From: Vespertiliibacter pulmonis
Lineage (GTDB): Bacteria; Pseudomonadota; Gammaproteobacteria; Enterobacterales; Pasteurellaceae
Direction of reading: 5' to 3'
NCBI RefSeq assembly: GCF_013377275.1
Contig: NZ_CP016615.1
Coordinates: 1,124,830 to 1,188,829 of the forward strand
DNA length: 64,000 nt
Part shown: positions 43,691 through 54,383 of the stretch, one piece after another
Layout: each line of letters begins with the position of its first letter
Position numbering within the stretch: the stretch's first letter is position 1
The notes under the pieces: generated by a model
The model's database searches: none
Told to the model about the DNA's origin: nothing
Seen by the model: the letters and a program-made list of their open reading frames with translations, nothing else
Program-made: the position numbers and the translations under genes

Positions 43691-44956
43691 TTGGAAAGTA
43701 TTCCCCTGAGTAGCTTATTTATTGCTTTAGTTATTCTTTTAGTCTTATCCGCTTTTTTTTCTGGCTCTGAAACAGGGCTAATGTCCCTTAATCGCTACCG
43801 TATGCGACATCTGGCAGAACAAGGGCATCGTGGTGCAAAACAAGCTGAGAAATTGCTTGTTAAAACCGATGTGCTGTTAAGCCTTATCTTAATCTGTAAC
43901 AATTTAGTTAATATTGCAGCCTCAGCCATTGCAACAATGATTGGTATGCAACTTTCTGGCGAAGCAGGCGTTGCTATTGCTACAGGGTTATTGACCTTTG
44001 TTATGTTGGTTTTCTCAGAAATTCTACCAAAAACAGTGGCAGCAATTTACCCTGAGAAAGTCGGTTTTTTTGCGAGCTATTTACTCACACCATTAAAACA
44101 GCTTTTAATGCCGATTGTGTTTTTGATGAATTTGATCATCAATGCTTTAATGAAATTACTACGGATTAAAAAGTCTGAAAAATCAGGGCTAAGTACGGAG
44201 GAACTTCGAGCGGTTGTGCTGGAAGCTGGGCGATATATTCCAAGCTCCCACCAAGAAATGTTGATTTCTATTCTAGATATGGAAAAAGTTACGGTGGACG
44301 ATATTATGGTGCCTCGTAATGATATTGGTGGCATTGATATTGATGATGATTGGAAAGCCATTATGCGACAACTCACAGGGGCTGCTCACGCACGAGTTGT
44401 TATCTATAAAGGCAATATGGATAAAAGCGTGCTAGGAATGTTGCGAGTACGAGAGGCTTTTCGCTTAATGCTCGAACGTAATGAATTTACCAAAGAAATG
44501 TTGGTGCGAGCGGTAGATGAAGCTTATTTTATCCCCGAAGGTACACCTTTAACAACTCAATTAATGAATTTTAAAACAAATAAAGAGCGTGTAGGATTAG
44601 TAGTTGATGAATATGGCGATATTAAAGGGTTAGTTACTCTTGAAGATATTCTAGAAGAAATTGTTGGTGAATTTACAACATCAGCGGCTCCAACCTTAGC
44701 AGAAGAAGTAAAATTGCAATCGGACGGATCAGTATTGATTGAAGGCTCTGCTAATCTGCGTGATTTGAATAAATTATTTAACTGGAATTTACCTTCTGAT
44801 GAAGTGCGAACATTCAACGGGTTAATTGTGGAACATTTAGAAAAAATTCCTGATGAAGACACGCAATTCACCCTCTTTAATTTACAGATTACGGTGCTAG
44901 ATGTTGCGGAAAATATGGTGAAATTAGCACGGGTTGAACCAATCAGTAAGAATTAG
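43691..44956 (+). CDS. CNNM/CorB-family Mg/Co efflux-like protein (YfjD homologue)
   Basis: 421 aa with DUF21, a CBS pair and a CorC_HlyC domain. The start is TTG with AGGAA 8 nt upstream. It is the second CNNM paralogue in the window. Confidence 0.8.
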   Translation: MESIPLSSLFIALVILLVLSAFFSGSETGLMSLNRYRMRHLAEQGHRGAKQAEKLLVKTDVLLSLILICNNLVNIAASAIATMIGMQLSGEAGVAIATGLLTFVMLVFSEILPKTVAAIYPEKVGFFASYLLTPLKQLLMPIVFLMNLIINALMKLLRIKKSEKSGLSTEELRAVVLEAGRYIPSSHQEMLISILDMEKVTVDDIMVPRNDIGGIDIDDDWKAIMRQLTGAAHARVVIYKGNMDKSVLGMLRVREAFRLMLERNEFTKEMLVRAVDEAYFIPEGTPLTTQLMNFKTNKERVGLVVDEYGDIKGLVTLEDILEEIVGEFTTSAAPTLAEEVKLQSDGSVLIEGSANLRDLNKLFNWNLPSDEVRTFNGLIVEHLEKIPDEDTQFTLFNLQITVLDVAENMVKLARVEPISKN

Positions 44957-45112
44957 AGACGAACTATTTTATTATTTGATGATCGCAAGCGGTCAGTTTG
45001 GCGAGAAATTTACAAATTTCTCATCGGAACAGACCGCTTGTTTACATTCTTATTTTGAACCTACCCGAACATTAAGGTAAAATCCCCCCTTATTTCAAAT
45101 ATAAAAATTCTA

Positions 45113-46096
45113 ATGACAATGCAACTTACCCTTGAACAGATTTCTGCCCTTGCTAAAACAGATATGGATGCTGTTGATCAGGCTATTTTAGCTCAACTTA
45201 ATTCAGATGTTTCCCTGATCAATCAACTGGGTTTTTATATTATCAGCGGTGGCGGTAAGCGTATTCGCCCCTTAATTGCAGTGTTGTCAGCCAAAGCGTT
45301 AGGCTATCAAGGACAAGAACATATTACCTGTGCAGCGTTTGCCGAATTTATTCATACGGCAACGTTACTTCACGATGATGTCGTCGATGAATCGGATATG
45401 CGTCGTGGAAAAGAAACAGCTAATGCCTGTTTTGGTAATGCGGCAAGTGTATTGGTGGGAGATTTTATCTATACTCGGGCATTTCAGATGATGACCAGTT
45501 TAAATTCTCTCCCTGTACTGAAGGTGATGTCTGATGCAACGAATGTTATTGCTGAAGGGGAAGTTCAGCAGTTAATGAATATGAATGATCCTAATATCAG
45601 CGAAGAAAATTATATGCAGGTGATTTATAGCAAAACAGCGCGTTTGTTTGAAGCAGCCACGCAATGTGCGGCATTAGTTGCAGGTGCAGATGCCGAACAA
45701 GTGAAAGCATTACAGATGTATGGACGCTATTTAGGCACGGCATTTCAATTAGTTGATGATATTTTAGATTACAGTGCTAATGCAGAAAAATTAGGTAAAA
45801 ATGTGGGTGATGACCTTGCAGAAGGCAAGCCAACGCTCCCATTATTACACGCAATGCGTAACGGGAATGAACAGCAATCTGCATTGATCCGTGAAGCGAT
45901 TGAACAAGGCGGAAAACGTGAAGCGCTTGATGAAATTCTTACTATTATGGCAGAACAAAAATCGTTGGATTATACAATGCAACGAGCCAAACAAGAGGCT
46001 CAAAAAGCCGTTGATGCAATCGCTATTTTACCAGAAAGTGAATATAAACAGGCATTGGTTTCGTTAGCGTATTTGTCTGTTGAACGTTCATATTGA
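45113..46096 (+). CDS. ispB: Octaprenyl-diphosphate synthase
   Basis: 327 aa with the two polyprenyl synthase Asp-rich motifs ([17 protein letters not shown]). Confidence 0.9.
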   Translation: MTMQLTLEQISALAKTDMDAVDQAILAQLNSDVSLINQLGFYIISGGGKRIRPLIAVLSAKALGYQGQEHITCAAFAEFIHTATLLHDDVVDESDMRRGKETANACFGNAASVLVGDFIYTRAFQMMTSLNSLPVLKVMSDATNVIAEGEVQQLMNMNDPNISEENYMQVIYSKTARLFEAATQCAALVAGADAEQVKALQMYGRYLGTAFQLVDDILDYSANAEKLGKNVGDDLAEGKPTLPLLHAMRNGNEQQSALIREAIEQGGKREALDEILTIMAEQKSLDYTMQRAKQEAQKAVDAIAILPESEYKQALVSLAYLSVERSY

Positions 46097-46166
46097 TCTT
46101 TTAACACTAGACATTCCCTCTTTTTTCGGATACATAATAAACAATTACATAACAAAAAATATTTCA

Positions 46167-46865
46167 ATGATAGACCAACCAATTAAAAAGAAAACCCGTA
46201 AGGGAAAAGATCCTAATGCCCCTTTTGTGCGTGAAAAGTTAGAATTGCCAAATGGGCATAATAAATTACTATTGCATTCCTGCTGTGCCCCTTGTTCGGG
46301 GGAGGTAATGGAAGCTATTCACGCTTCGGGAATTGAATTTACCATTTATTTCTATAATCCAAATATTCACCCATTGAAAGAGTATTTGATCCGTAAAGAT
46401 GAAAATATTCGTTTTGCAGAAAAATGGGGTATTCCGTTTATTGATGCTGATTATGATCGCCAAAATTGGTTTGATCGTGCTAAAGGAATGGAAGATGAGC
46501 CAGAACGCGGTATTCGTTGCACAATGTGTTTTGATATGCGGTTTGAAAAAGCTGCCGAATATGCTCACGAAAATGGCTTCCCTGTGTTTACGAGCTGTTT
46601 GGGGATTTCTCGCTGGAAAGATATGAACCAAATCAACGGCTGTGGACACCGTGCGGCGGAAAAATATGATGACGTTGTTTATTGGGATTATAACTGGCGA
46701 AAAGCAGGTGGATCTCAGCGTATGATTGAAATTAGTAAACGTGAGCGTTTTTACCAACAAGAGTATTGCGGTTGTGTTTACTCGTTGCGTGATACTAATA
46801 AATGGCGTGAAGCACAAGGTCGCCAGAAAATTGAAATTGGAAAGTTATACTATTCAGCAGACTAA
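46167..46865 (+). CDS. queH: Epoxyqueuosine reductase QueH (DUF208)
   Basis: Carries the [11 protein letters not shown] signature plus conserved C-terminal cysteines. The start is placed at MIDQPIKKK, whereas the tracked ORF starts 29 codons upstream in the ispB overlap. Confidence 0.8.
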   Translation: MIDQPIKKKTRKGKDPNAPFVREKLELPNGHNKLLLHSCCAPCSGEVMEAIHASGIEFTIYFYNPNIHPLKEYLIRKDENIRFAEKWGIPFIDADYDRQNWFDRAKGMEDEPERGIRCTMCFDMRFEKAAEYAHENGFPVFTSCLGISRWKDMNQINGCGHRAAEKYDDVVYWDYNWRKAGGSQRMIEISKRERFYQQEYCGCVYSLRDTNKWREAQGRQKIEIGKLYYSAD

Positions 46866-46884
46866 CAAGCGGTTATCTGCTTTT

Positions 46885-47256
46885 ATGATGTATAACGAAA
46901 ATTTGCGAGTAAAAGCTGTTACTTTACCCGATAATATGGCTATTGAAAACCAGAAATCAGATGCTCGTCTAGCCATTATTATACGCAATGAACAAGGTGA
47001 AATGCTCAGTCAAGGACAGGTAGGTTACTACGGTGATTTTGTCGTTTATGATTGTAGTCACACGGCAGAAAATGCTCGCCGTCAAGGCTATGTTTCTATG
47101 GTAATAAATTTATTAACACAAGATGCAAAAGAGCGTGGCATATCTAAAGGATTATTGTGTGCAAGTGAACAAGGACAATATCTCTATCAAGTATTAGGTT
47201 GGCAAACTATTGGACATTATTGCCGGCTAGTCAGAAAAGATTACGTAAGAAAATAA
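46885..47256 (+). CDS. Small GNAT-family N-acetyltransferase (putative)
   Basis: 123 aa from MMYNENL, with an acetyl-CoA-binding-like RRQGYVSMV...GISKGLL segment. The tracked ORF begins inside queH. Confidence 0.5.
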   Translation: MMYNENLRVKAVTLPDNMAIENQKSDARLAIIIRNEQGEMLSQGQVGYYGDFVVYDCSHTAENARRQGYVSMVINLLTQDAKERGISKGLLCASEQGQYLYQVLGWQTIGHYCRLVRKDYVRK

Positions 47257-47319
47257 TATACATTGAGTGTTTTCCTAAAATTAAGGAAGATAAATTCAAA
47301 TTTTAAAATAGGATAAATA

Positions 47320-48255
47320 ATGACTAAATTTGCAATGGTTTTTCCAGGACAAGGATCGCAAGCGGTTGGAATGTTAGCGGATCTTGCACCGCTTTACCCC
47401 GTGGTTGAACAAACTTTCCAGCAAGCCAGCGAGGTATTGGGCTATGATTTATGGGATCTAGTTCAAAATGGTACAGCCGAAGAGCTTGGACAAACACAAC
47501 GTACCCAGCCTGCATTATTAACGGCATCGGTTACCCTTTATCGTATTTGGCAACAAAAATTCCCAGAACAGAAACCGTCAGTAATGGCAGGGCATAGCTT
47601 GGGGGAATATTCTGCCTTAGTGTGTGCAGGGGTATTAGATTTTCAAGAGGCTGTTAAATTAGTGGAACTGCGTGGTAATGCAATGCAATCGGCAGTGCCG
47701 GAAGGAACAGGTGCAATGTTTGCGATTATTGGGTTAGCGAATGAGTTAATTATTCAGGCCTGTGAACAAGCCCAACAGGAAACTGGCGAAGTGGTGTCTG
47801 CAGTAAATTTCAACTCTCCAGGGCAAGTTGTAATTGCAGGGACGAAAAAAGCCGCAGAGCGAGCGGGTGAGCTATGTAAAGAGGCAGGGGCAAAACGTGC
47901 ATTACCTTTAGCCGTAAGTGTGCCTTCTCATTGTGCGTTAATGAAACCAGCGGCAGATCAGCTTGCAGAGGCTTTAGTGAACGTAACCTTTAATGCACCT
48001 AATGTGCCAGTGATTAATAATGTTGATGTTCAAGTGGAAACGAATCCAGCCGCAATTCGTTTAGCATTGGTGCGTCAGCTTTATAGCCCTGTTCGTTGGA
48101 CAGAAATTATTGAAAAAATGGTTGAAGAAGGGGTAACAAATTTATATGAGGTTGGCCCTAATAAAGTTTTAACTGGGCTAGCAAGCCGTATTTCGAAAGA
48201 AATTATCGCTAAAGCGGTAAATGATGTAGTATCGTTAGAGGCTATCACATTTTAA
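47320..48255 (+). CDS. fabD: Malonyl CoA-ACP transacylase
   Basis: 311 aa with the GHSLGEYSA active-site motif. Confidence 0.9.
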   Translation: MTKFAMVFPGQGSQAVGMLADLAPLYPVVEQTFQQASEVLGYDLWDLVQNGTAEELGQTQRTQPALLTASVTLYRIWQQKFPEQKPSVMAGHSLGEYSALVCAGVLDFQEAVKLVELRGNAMQSAVPEGTGAMFAIIGLANELIIQACEQAQQETGEVVSAVNFNSPGQVVIAGTKKAAERAGELCKEAGAKRALPLAVSVPSHCALMKPAADQLAEALVNVTFNAPNVPVINNVDVQVETNPAAIRLALVRQLYSPVRWTEIIEKMVEEGVTNLYEVGPNKVLTGLASRISKEIIAKAVNDVVSLEAITF

Positions 48256-48297
48256 TTATTATATTTAAATAGTTTTTTATCAGGAGGGAAAGAATAT

Positions 48298-49026
48298 ATG
48301 CAAAATAAAATCGCATTAGTAACGGGAGCAACCCGTGGTATCGGGCGTGCTATTGCCGAAGAATTATCCGCCAAAGGTGTATTTGTTATTGGTACAGCTA
48401 CGTCTGAAAAAGGGGCAGAAAGTATTTCGGCTTATTTAGGCGAACAAGGTAAAGGTTTAGTATTAAACGTAGCAGATGTTGAATCTGTTGAGTTAGTATT
48501 AGCGAGAATTAAAGAGGAATTTGGTGATATTGATATTTTAGTCAATAACGCAGGAATTACTCGTGATAATTTATTGATGCGAATGAAAGACGATGAATGG
48601 TTCGATATTATTCAAACAAATTTAACCTCTGTTTATCGTTTATCAAAAGCAGTATTGCGTACAATGATGAAAAAACGCTTTGGGCGTATTATTACCATTG
48701 GCTCAGTGGTTGGTTCAACGGGGAATCCAGGGCAAACAAATTACTGTGCGGCAAAAGCGGGTGTTGTTGGTTTTTCAAAAGCGTTAGCAAAAGAGGTTGC
48801 TTCTCGGGGAATTACAGTAAACGTAGTTGCTCCAGGGTTTATTGCAACAGATATGACCGATGAGCTTACTGATGAGCAAAAAAATGTAATTTTAAACCAA
48901 ATTCCTGCGGGTCAATTAGGGCAGGCTAAAGACATTGCTAAAGCAGTTGCTTTTCTAGCTTCTGAAGATTCAGGTTATATTACAGGTGAAACTCTCCACG
49001 TTAATGGTGGTTTGTATATGAGCTAA
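48298..49026 (+). CDS. fabG: 3-oxoacyl-ACP reductase
   Basis: 242 aa short-chain dehydrogenase with a TGATRGIGRAIA NAD(P)-binding motif and a YCAAK catalytic motif. Confidence 0.9.
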   Translation: MQNKIALVTGATRGIGRAIAEELSAKGVFVIGTATSEKGAESISAYLGEQGKGLVLNVADVESVELVLARIKEEFGDIDILVNNAGITRDNLLMRMKDDEWFDIIQTNLTSVYRLSKAVLRTMMKKRFGRIITIGSVVGSTGNPGQTNYCAAKAGVVGFSKALAKEVASRGITVNVVAPGFIATDMTDELTDEQKNVILNQIPAGQLGQAKDIAKAVAFLASEDSGYITGETLHVNGGLYMS

Positions 49027-49171
49027 CAATGCAAGCGGTCTGATTTAAGCAGATTTTTGTAAAGTCAGTTTTATCGTTTAGCCTTGTGATTTAGCGTTTT
49101 TAAATATTTCTGCAAGGTGTTGTTGATAGCGTGTAGAGATAAAAATATATAATTTATTTGAGGTATTACTA

Positions 49172-50467
49172 ATGAGTAAAAGTGTTTTAGTTGTTGGATT
49201 TATGCTCTTTGCCATTTTCTTTGGTGCAGGCAATCTTATTTTTCCACCCAAATTGGGTTTAGATAGTGGAACAGAGTTTTGGTCTGCTATTTCAGGTTTT
49301 GTTATTACTGGCGTAGGATTACCACTACTTGGTATTATTGTAGCGGCTTTCTATGAAGGCGGTTATAAGCAAATATTAAATCGTATTCACCCGTGGTTTT
49401 CTATTGCATTTTTAATGGCAATCTATCTTGCCATTGGACCTTTCTTTGCAGGTCCTCGTACAGGGGCTACTGCTTATGAAATTGCTATTTTACCTTTTTT
49501 AAGTGAGCCAAGTGCATTATCACTCTTCATTTTTAGTCTTATCTATTTTGCAATTGCTTTATGGTTAAGCTTAAACCCATCAAAAATGGTTGATCGCATT
49601 GGAGCCGTATTAACTCCAATTCTACTAATTGCAATTATTGTCTTAGTCGTTAAAGCCTATTTCTTGCTAACGGGTGATACTGTGGTATTAACCAATAAAC
49701 CTGTAATGGAAAGCGCTTTTTCTAAAGGTATTTTAGAAGGCTATTTTACAATGGATGCTCTAGCTTCTTTAGCATTTTCAGTAATTGTACTTAATGCAAT
49801 TAAAGCAAAAGTAACTAACCACTCAGCTTTAGTGAAACAAACTATATTATCTGGTCTTGTTGCGGCAGTTGCATTGGCGCTTATTTATATCTCTTTAGGC
49901 TGGATTGGCAACAATTTACCAATGAATGCGGAAACTTTAGCAGATTTAACGGCAAAAGGGCAAAATATTGGAACTTATATTCTTAATACAGCAGCAACCG
50001 AAACCTTTGGTGATGCAGGGCGTATTATGTTAGGTGTGATTGTATCTCTTGCTTGTTTAACAACAACCGTGGGATTGGCTGTTGCCGTAAGTGAATATTT
50101 CCACGAAATTTTCCCAAAAATTTCATATAAAACTTATGTAGTACTCTTTATCGTCATCAGTTTTGCGATTGCAAACCAAGGCTTAAGTGCGGTAATTAGC
50201 AAATCTGTTCCGGTATTATTAGTACTTTATCCAATTTCAATGACAGTAATTTTATTATTGCTCATCAATTTGGTGTTTAAGCTACCACTTTTAGCACAAC
50301 GTTTAGCTATTGCATTGGTTACCATCGTCTCAATTTTATCTGTGATTGGTATTGAGGCTGTTGCAAATCTACCATTTAAAGAATATTCAATGGAGTGGTT
50401 ACCGTTTGCGATTGTTGGCTGTGTAGTAGGTTATATTATTGCGAAAGCCGCGAAACACGCAGAATAA
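49172..50467 (+). CDS. brnQ: Branched-chain amino acid transport system II carrier (LIVCS family)
   Basis: 431 aa with 12 TM helices and the FGAGNLIFPP N-terminal motif of BrnQ. Confidence 0.85.
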   Translation: MSKSVLVVGFMLFAIFFGAGNLIFPPKLGLDSGTEFWSAISGFVITGVGLPLLGIIVAAFYEGGYKQILNRIHPWFSIAFLMAIYLAIGPFFAGPRTGATAYEIAILPFLSEPSALSLFIFSLIYFAIALWLSLNPSKMVDRIGAVLTPILLIAIIVLVVKAYFLLTGDTVVLTNKPVMESAFSKGILEGYFTMDALASLAFSVIVLNAIKAKVTNHSALVKQTILSGLVAAVALALIYISLGWIGNNLPMNAETLADLTAKGQNIGTYILNTAATETFGDAGRIMLGVIVSLACLTTTVGLAVAVSEYFHEIFPKISYKTYVVLFIVISFAIANQGLSAVISKSVPVLLVLYPISMTVILLLLINLVFKLPLLAQRLAIALVTIVSILSVIGIEAVANLPFKEYSMEWLPFAIVGCVVGYIIAKAAKHAE

Positions 50468-50552
50468 TTAGTTAAACAAGCGGTCAGTTTTCTCATACTT
50501 TTTGCAATATGTTGAGAATAACTGACCGCTTGTTTTATGGAGATAATCAGAA

Positions 50553-51377
50553 ATGCCTGAATTACCAGAAGTTGAAACGAGTGTGCGAGGAATTTTACCT
50601 TACCTTGTTGGGAAAACGATTGAAGCCGTTTGGGTACGTCAAAGACAGTTGCGTTGGCGAGTTAGCGATGAATTAGAGCAAATGGGCGGAGCGATTATTT
50701 TATCTATCTATCGCCGAGCGAAATACCTTATTTTTCATACAGAACGGGGTGATATTTTAGTCCATTTGGGAATGTCGGGTTCTTTAGGTATTTTAACTAA
50801 AGATCAGAAAAAGCCTGCGGGCAAGCACGACCACGTTGATTTGATAATGACAGATGGAACAATTTTACGTTATAACGATCCTCGTAAGTTTGGGGCTTGG
50901 CTTTGGGCAAAAGATGCAGAGTCTTCGCCACTCATTACAAGATTAGGCCCAGAACCACTTTCTGATAATTTTACAGGCGATTATCTTTACCAAAAAAGTC
51001 GAAATAAAACGGTTGCCGTAAAAAATTTTATTATGAATAATGCGGTCGTGGTTGGTGTAGGTAATATTTACGCTTGCGAATCACTTTTTATGGCGGGCAT
51101 TCACCCAGAGTTTGCGACCCAAAATTTGACTTTAAAACAGTGTAAAAGGCTAGCTACTGTGATAAAAGACGTACTAACAAAAGCTATTTTACAAGGTGGA
51201 ACAACACTAAAGGATTTTATTCAGCCAGATGGAAAGCCAGGCTATTTTGCACAAGTGCTACAAGTTTACGGGAGAAAAGGTGAAGCCTGCAACGATTGTG
51301 GCACGCTTATTCAGGCTAAAGTACTTGGACAGCGTAATAGTTTTTTTTGCCCTAAATGTCAAAAATTACCGAGGTAG
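50553..51377 (+). CDS. mutM: Formamidopyrimidine-DNA glycosylase
   Basis: Has the MPELPEVE N-terminus and a C-terminal zinc finger (CxxC...CxxC). Confidence 0.9.
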   Translation: MPELPEVETSVRGILPYLVGKTIEAVWVRQRQLRWRVSDELEQMGGAIILSIYRRAKYLIFHTERGDILVHLGMSGSLGILTKDQKKPAGKHDHVDLIMTDGTILRYNDPRKFGAWLWAKDAESSPLITRLGPEPLSDNFTGDYLYQKSRNKTVAVKNFIMNNAVVVGVGNIYACESLFMAGIHPEFATQNLTLKQCKRLATVIKDVLTKAILQGGTTLKDFIQPDGKPGYFAQVLQVYGRKGEACNDCGTLIQAKVLGQRNSFFCPKCQKLPR

Positions 51378-51427
51378 TTTTATCTTCTAATAATGGCAGA
51401 CGGTAAGATTGTTGGTAATCTTTATAT

Positions 51428-51460
51428 AAAACAACCGCTTGTATTACAAGCGGTTTTTTT
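51428..51460. terminator. Back-to-back inverted USS hairpin terminator (aaacaACCGCTTGT-att-ACAAGCGGTtttttttt)
   Basis: A perfect 14-bp stem made of two USS copies followed by T8, lying between convergent mutM and map. Confidence 0.65.
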
Positions 51461-51489
51461 TATTGATAAATTATAACAGTTAAATGAGA

Positions 51490-52299
51490 TTAGAGATTGT
51501 TCATTAGGCGAGAAATTCTGCCTGATTCAATTTCTTCATCACGAATGGTCATTATTTCACAGCCGTCTTTGGTTACTAAGATCTGGTGTTCATATTGTGC
51601 AGAGTGGCTACGATCTTTGGTTTTTACTGTCCAGCCATCGCTCATTGTACGGATCTCTTTTTTGCCTGCATTAATCATTGGTTCAATGGTAAAAACCATA
51701 CCTTCTTGTAAAATTACACCGCTATCGTCAGCAAAATAGTGTAATACTTGTGGATCACAATGGAATTCTGCACCAACACCGTGTCCGCAGTATTCACGTA
51801 CGACAGAAAAGCCTTCTTTTTCAACATAGTCTTGAATAGTTTTGCCAATCAAATTTAGGCGAATACCAGGTTTAACCACTCGTAATGCTTTATAAAGAGA
51901 TTCTTGGGTAACTTCCATTAAGCGTTGATCACGTACGCTCGGCTCACCAACCACGTACATTTTTGAATTATCACCGTAGAAACCATCTTTAATAACGGTA
52001 ACATCTATATTTACAATATCACCTTTTTTGAGTTTCTTTTCATTACTGGGAATACCGTGGCAGACTACTTCATTGAGTGAAATACAAGTCGCTTTAGGAA
52101 AGCCATGATAGCCTAAACAGGCTGGAATTCCACCTTGCACATTTTCAATATAGTCTTGGCAAATACGATCAAGCTCACCCGTGGTAATACCTTCTTTTAC
52201 GTGAGGTGCAATCATTACCAATACATCAGAGGCTAATTTGCAAGCTGTGCGAATTTTCTCAATATCTGCTTGAGAATGGATTGGGATATTTTTCATCAA
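51490..52299 (-). CDS. map: Methionine aminopeptidase type I
   Basis: 269 aa with conserved metal ligands and pita-bread fold motifs (e.g. VREYCGHG...PQVLHY). Confidence 0.9.
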   Translation of the reverse strand: MMKNIPIHSQADIEKIRTACKLASDVLVMIAPHVKEGITTGELDRICQDYIENVQGGIPACLGYHGFPKATCISLNEVVCHGIPSNEKKLKKGDIVNIDVTVIKDGFYGDNSKMYVVGEPSVRDQRLMEVTQESLYKALRVVKPGIRLNLIGKTIQDYVEKEGFSVVREYCGHGVGAEFHCDPQVLHYFADDSGVILQEGMVFTIEPMINAGKKEIRTMSDGWTVKTKDRSHSAQYEHQILVTKDGCEIMTIRDEEIESGRISRLMNNL

Positions 52300-52550
52300 T
52301 AATTTCTCATAGAAAATAAATGTAGGTGAATTATACCTTGTTTGGAGAGATAATTCAGTAAGTGATAACTAGGGAGTGTGAGTAGCTTATTACCAGTAAT
52401 TTTGATAAACAAGCGGGCATTTCTCGAAAAAATTTGCACAAAAGGCGTTATTCCGACAAAATAACGCCTTTTATGCTTTCCGTAAAGGGTTAAATAAAGG
52501 AGTGTTATTTAGCTGGAAAGTCCTGACTTGTTATCAGAAAGAGATTTGAA

Positions 52551-53933
52551 ATGTTACAAAATAAACCAGAGTTACTTTCGCCTGCGGGTTCGTTAAAAAA
52601 TATGCGTTATGCTTTTGCCTATGGAGCGGATGCTGTTTATGCAGGGCAACCACGTTATAGTTTGCGTGTGCGTAATAATGAATTTAATCACGCTAATTTA
52701 AAAATAGGGATCGATGAAGCCCACGCATTGGGTAAAAAATTCTATGTTGTGGTGAATATTTCTCCGCATAATTCAAAATTAAAAACCTTTATTCGGGATC
52801 TTGAGCCAGTAGTAGCAATGAAGCCAGATGCGTTGATTATGTCTGACCCTGGACTAATTATGTTAGTGCGTGAACATTTTCCAGAGATTGATGTACACCT
52901 TTCTGTGCAAGCAAATGCAGTGAATTGGGCAACAGTTAAATTTTGGCGACAAATGGGGCTTACCCGTGTGATTTTATCTCGAGAATTATCTATTGATGAA
53001 ATTGCAGAAATTCGTCAGCAAGTGCCAGATATGGAAATTGAAATTTTTGTACACGGGGCGTTGTGTATGGCATATTCAGGGCGTTGTTTACTATCGGGAT
53101 ATATCAATAAACGAGATCCAAATCAAGGTACTTGTACTAATGCCTGCCGTTGGGAATATCAAGTGGAAGAAGGAAAAATTGATGAGGTAGGGAATATCGT
53201 TCCTGCAAAGTTTGACCCTGCCCAACAAATTGAAATCAAAAATGTCGCACCAACCTTAGGGGAAGGAGAGAGTACCAGCAAAGTTTTCTTGCTGGCGGAA
53301 ACGCAAAAACCTGATGAGCAAATGACCGCTTATGAAGATGAGCACGGTACTTATATTATGAATTCAAAAGATTTGCGAGCCGTACAATACGTAGAAAAAT
53401 TAGCCCAAATTGGTGTACATTCATTGAAAATTGAAGGGCGGACTAAATCGTTCTACTATTGTGCAAGAACGGCACAAGTTTATCGTAAGGCGATTGATGA
53501 TGCAGTGGCAGGAAAACCATTTGATGAGAGTTTGATGGATACGCTTGAAAGTCTTGCTCATCGTGGCTATACGGAAGGTTTTTTACAGCGCCATAGCCAC
53601 GATGAATATCAAAATTATGATTATGGTTATTCAATTTCGGAAAAACAGCAATTCGTTGGAGAATTTACGGGGAAACGTAATGAACAAGGAATGGCAGAAG
53701 TTGCTGTTAAAAATAAGTTCTTATTAGGGGACGAAGTTGAAATGATGACACCAAAAGGCAATATTGTTTTTAAACTTGAGAGAATGTTGAATCGAAAAAA
53801 TGAATCGGTTGAAGCAGGTTTAGGTGATGGGCATTTTGTTTATCTTGATGTACCAGCAGATGTTGAATTAGATTATGCATTGTTGATGCGTAATTTGGTG
53901 GGAAGTAATACTCGTAATCCGCATAAATCTTAG
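52551..53933 (+). CDS. yegQ: Peptidase U32 family protein YegQ (tRNA hydroxylation, TrhP-like)
   Basis: 460 aa closely matching E. coli YegQ (PELLSPAGSLKNMRYAFAYGADAVYAGQPRYSLR...). Confidence 0.85.
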   Translation: MLQNKPELLSPAGSLKNMRYAFAYGADAVYAGQPRYSLRVRNNEFNHANLKIGIDEAHALGKKFYVVVNISPHNSKLKTFIRDLEPVVAMKPDALIMSDPGLIMLVREHFPEIDVHLSVQANAVNWATVKFWRQMGLTRVILSRELSIDEIAEIRQQVPDMEIEIFVHGALCMAYSGRCLLSGYINKRDPNQGTCTNACRWEYQVEEGKIDEVGNIVPAKFDPAQQIEIKNVAPTLGEGESTSKVFLLAETQKPDEQMTAYEDEHGTYIMNSKDLRAVQYVEKLAQIGVHSLKIEGRTKSFYYCARTAQVYRKAIDDAVAGKPFDESLMDTLESLAHRGYTEGFLQRHSHDEYQNYDYGYSISEKQQFVGEFTGKRNEQGMAEVAVKNKFLLGDEVEMMTPKGNIVFKLERMLNRKNESVEAGLGDGHFVYLDVPADVELDYALLMRNLVGSNTRNPHKS

Positions 53934-53944
53934 ATTTTAGAGAT

Positions 53945-53974
53945 AAAAAAACCGAGCATTTGCTCGGTTTTTTT
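53945..53974. terminator. Bidirectional terminator between yegQ and rpsO
   Basis: aaaaaaaccgagca-tt-tgctcggttttttt. Confidence 0.6.
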
Positions 53975-53984
53975 ATGTTTGAAA

Positions 53985-54254
53985 TTAGCGACGTAAACCT
54001 AAACGTGCGATAGTTTCTGAATATTTAGCAAGATCGGTACGTTTTAAGTAGTCTAATAATTTACGACGACGTGAAACCATACCTAATAAACCACGACGGC
54101 TGTGGTGGTCTTTCTTATGCTGTGCAAAGTGTGTTTGTAAGTGGTTGATTTGAGCAGTTAAAAGTGCGATTTGCACTTCTGAAGAACCAGTGTCTTTTGC
54201 ATCACGACCAAATTCAGCAACAATTTTTGCTTTTGTTTCTACACTTAGAGACAT
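53985..54254 (-). CDS. rpsO: 30S ribosomal protein S15
   Basis: 89 aa with high identity to S15. No pnp gene lies downstream. Confidence 0.95.
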   Translation of the reverse strand: MSLSVETKAKIVAEFGRDAKDTGSSEVQIALLTAQINHLQTHFAQHKKDHHSRRGLLGMVSRRRKLLDYLKRTDLAKYSETIARLGLRR

Positions 54255-54383
54255 TTTTTACTCCTAAAAAGTAGTTAGTTTATATTCATCAATAGCCGAT
54301 CTCTAATTCAGCTATGACACGAAGCTTCGAATTTTAAAGGCAAAGCCTATTTAGATCAATGCCTTTATTAACTTTTAAAAAAA

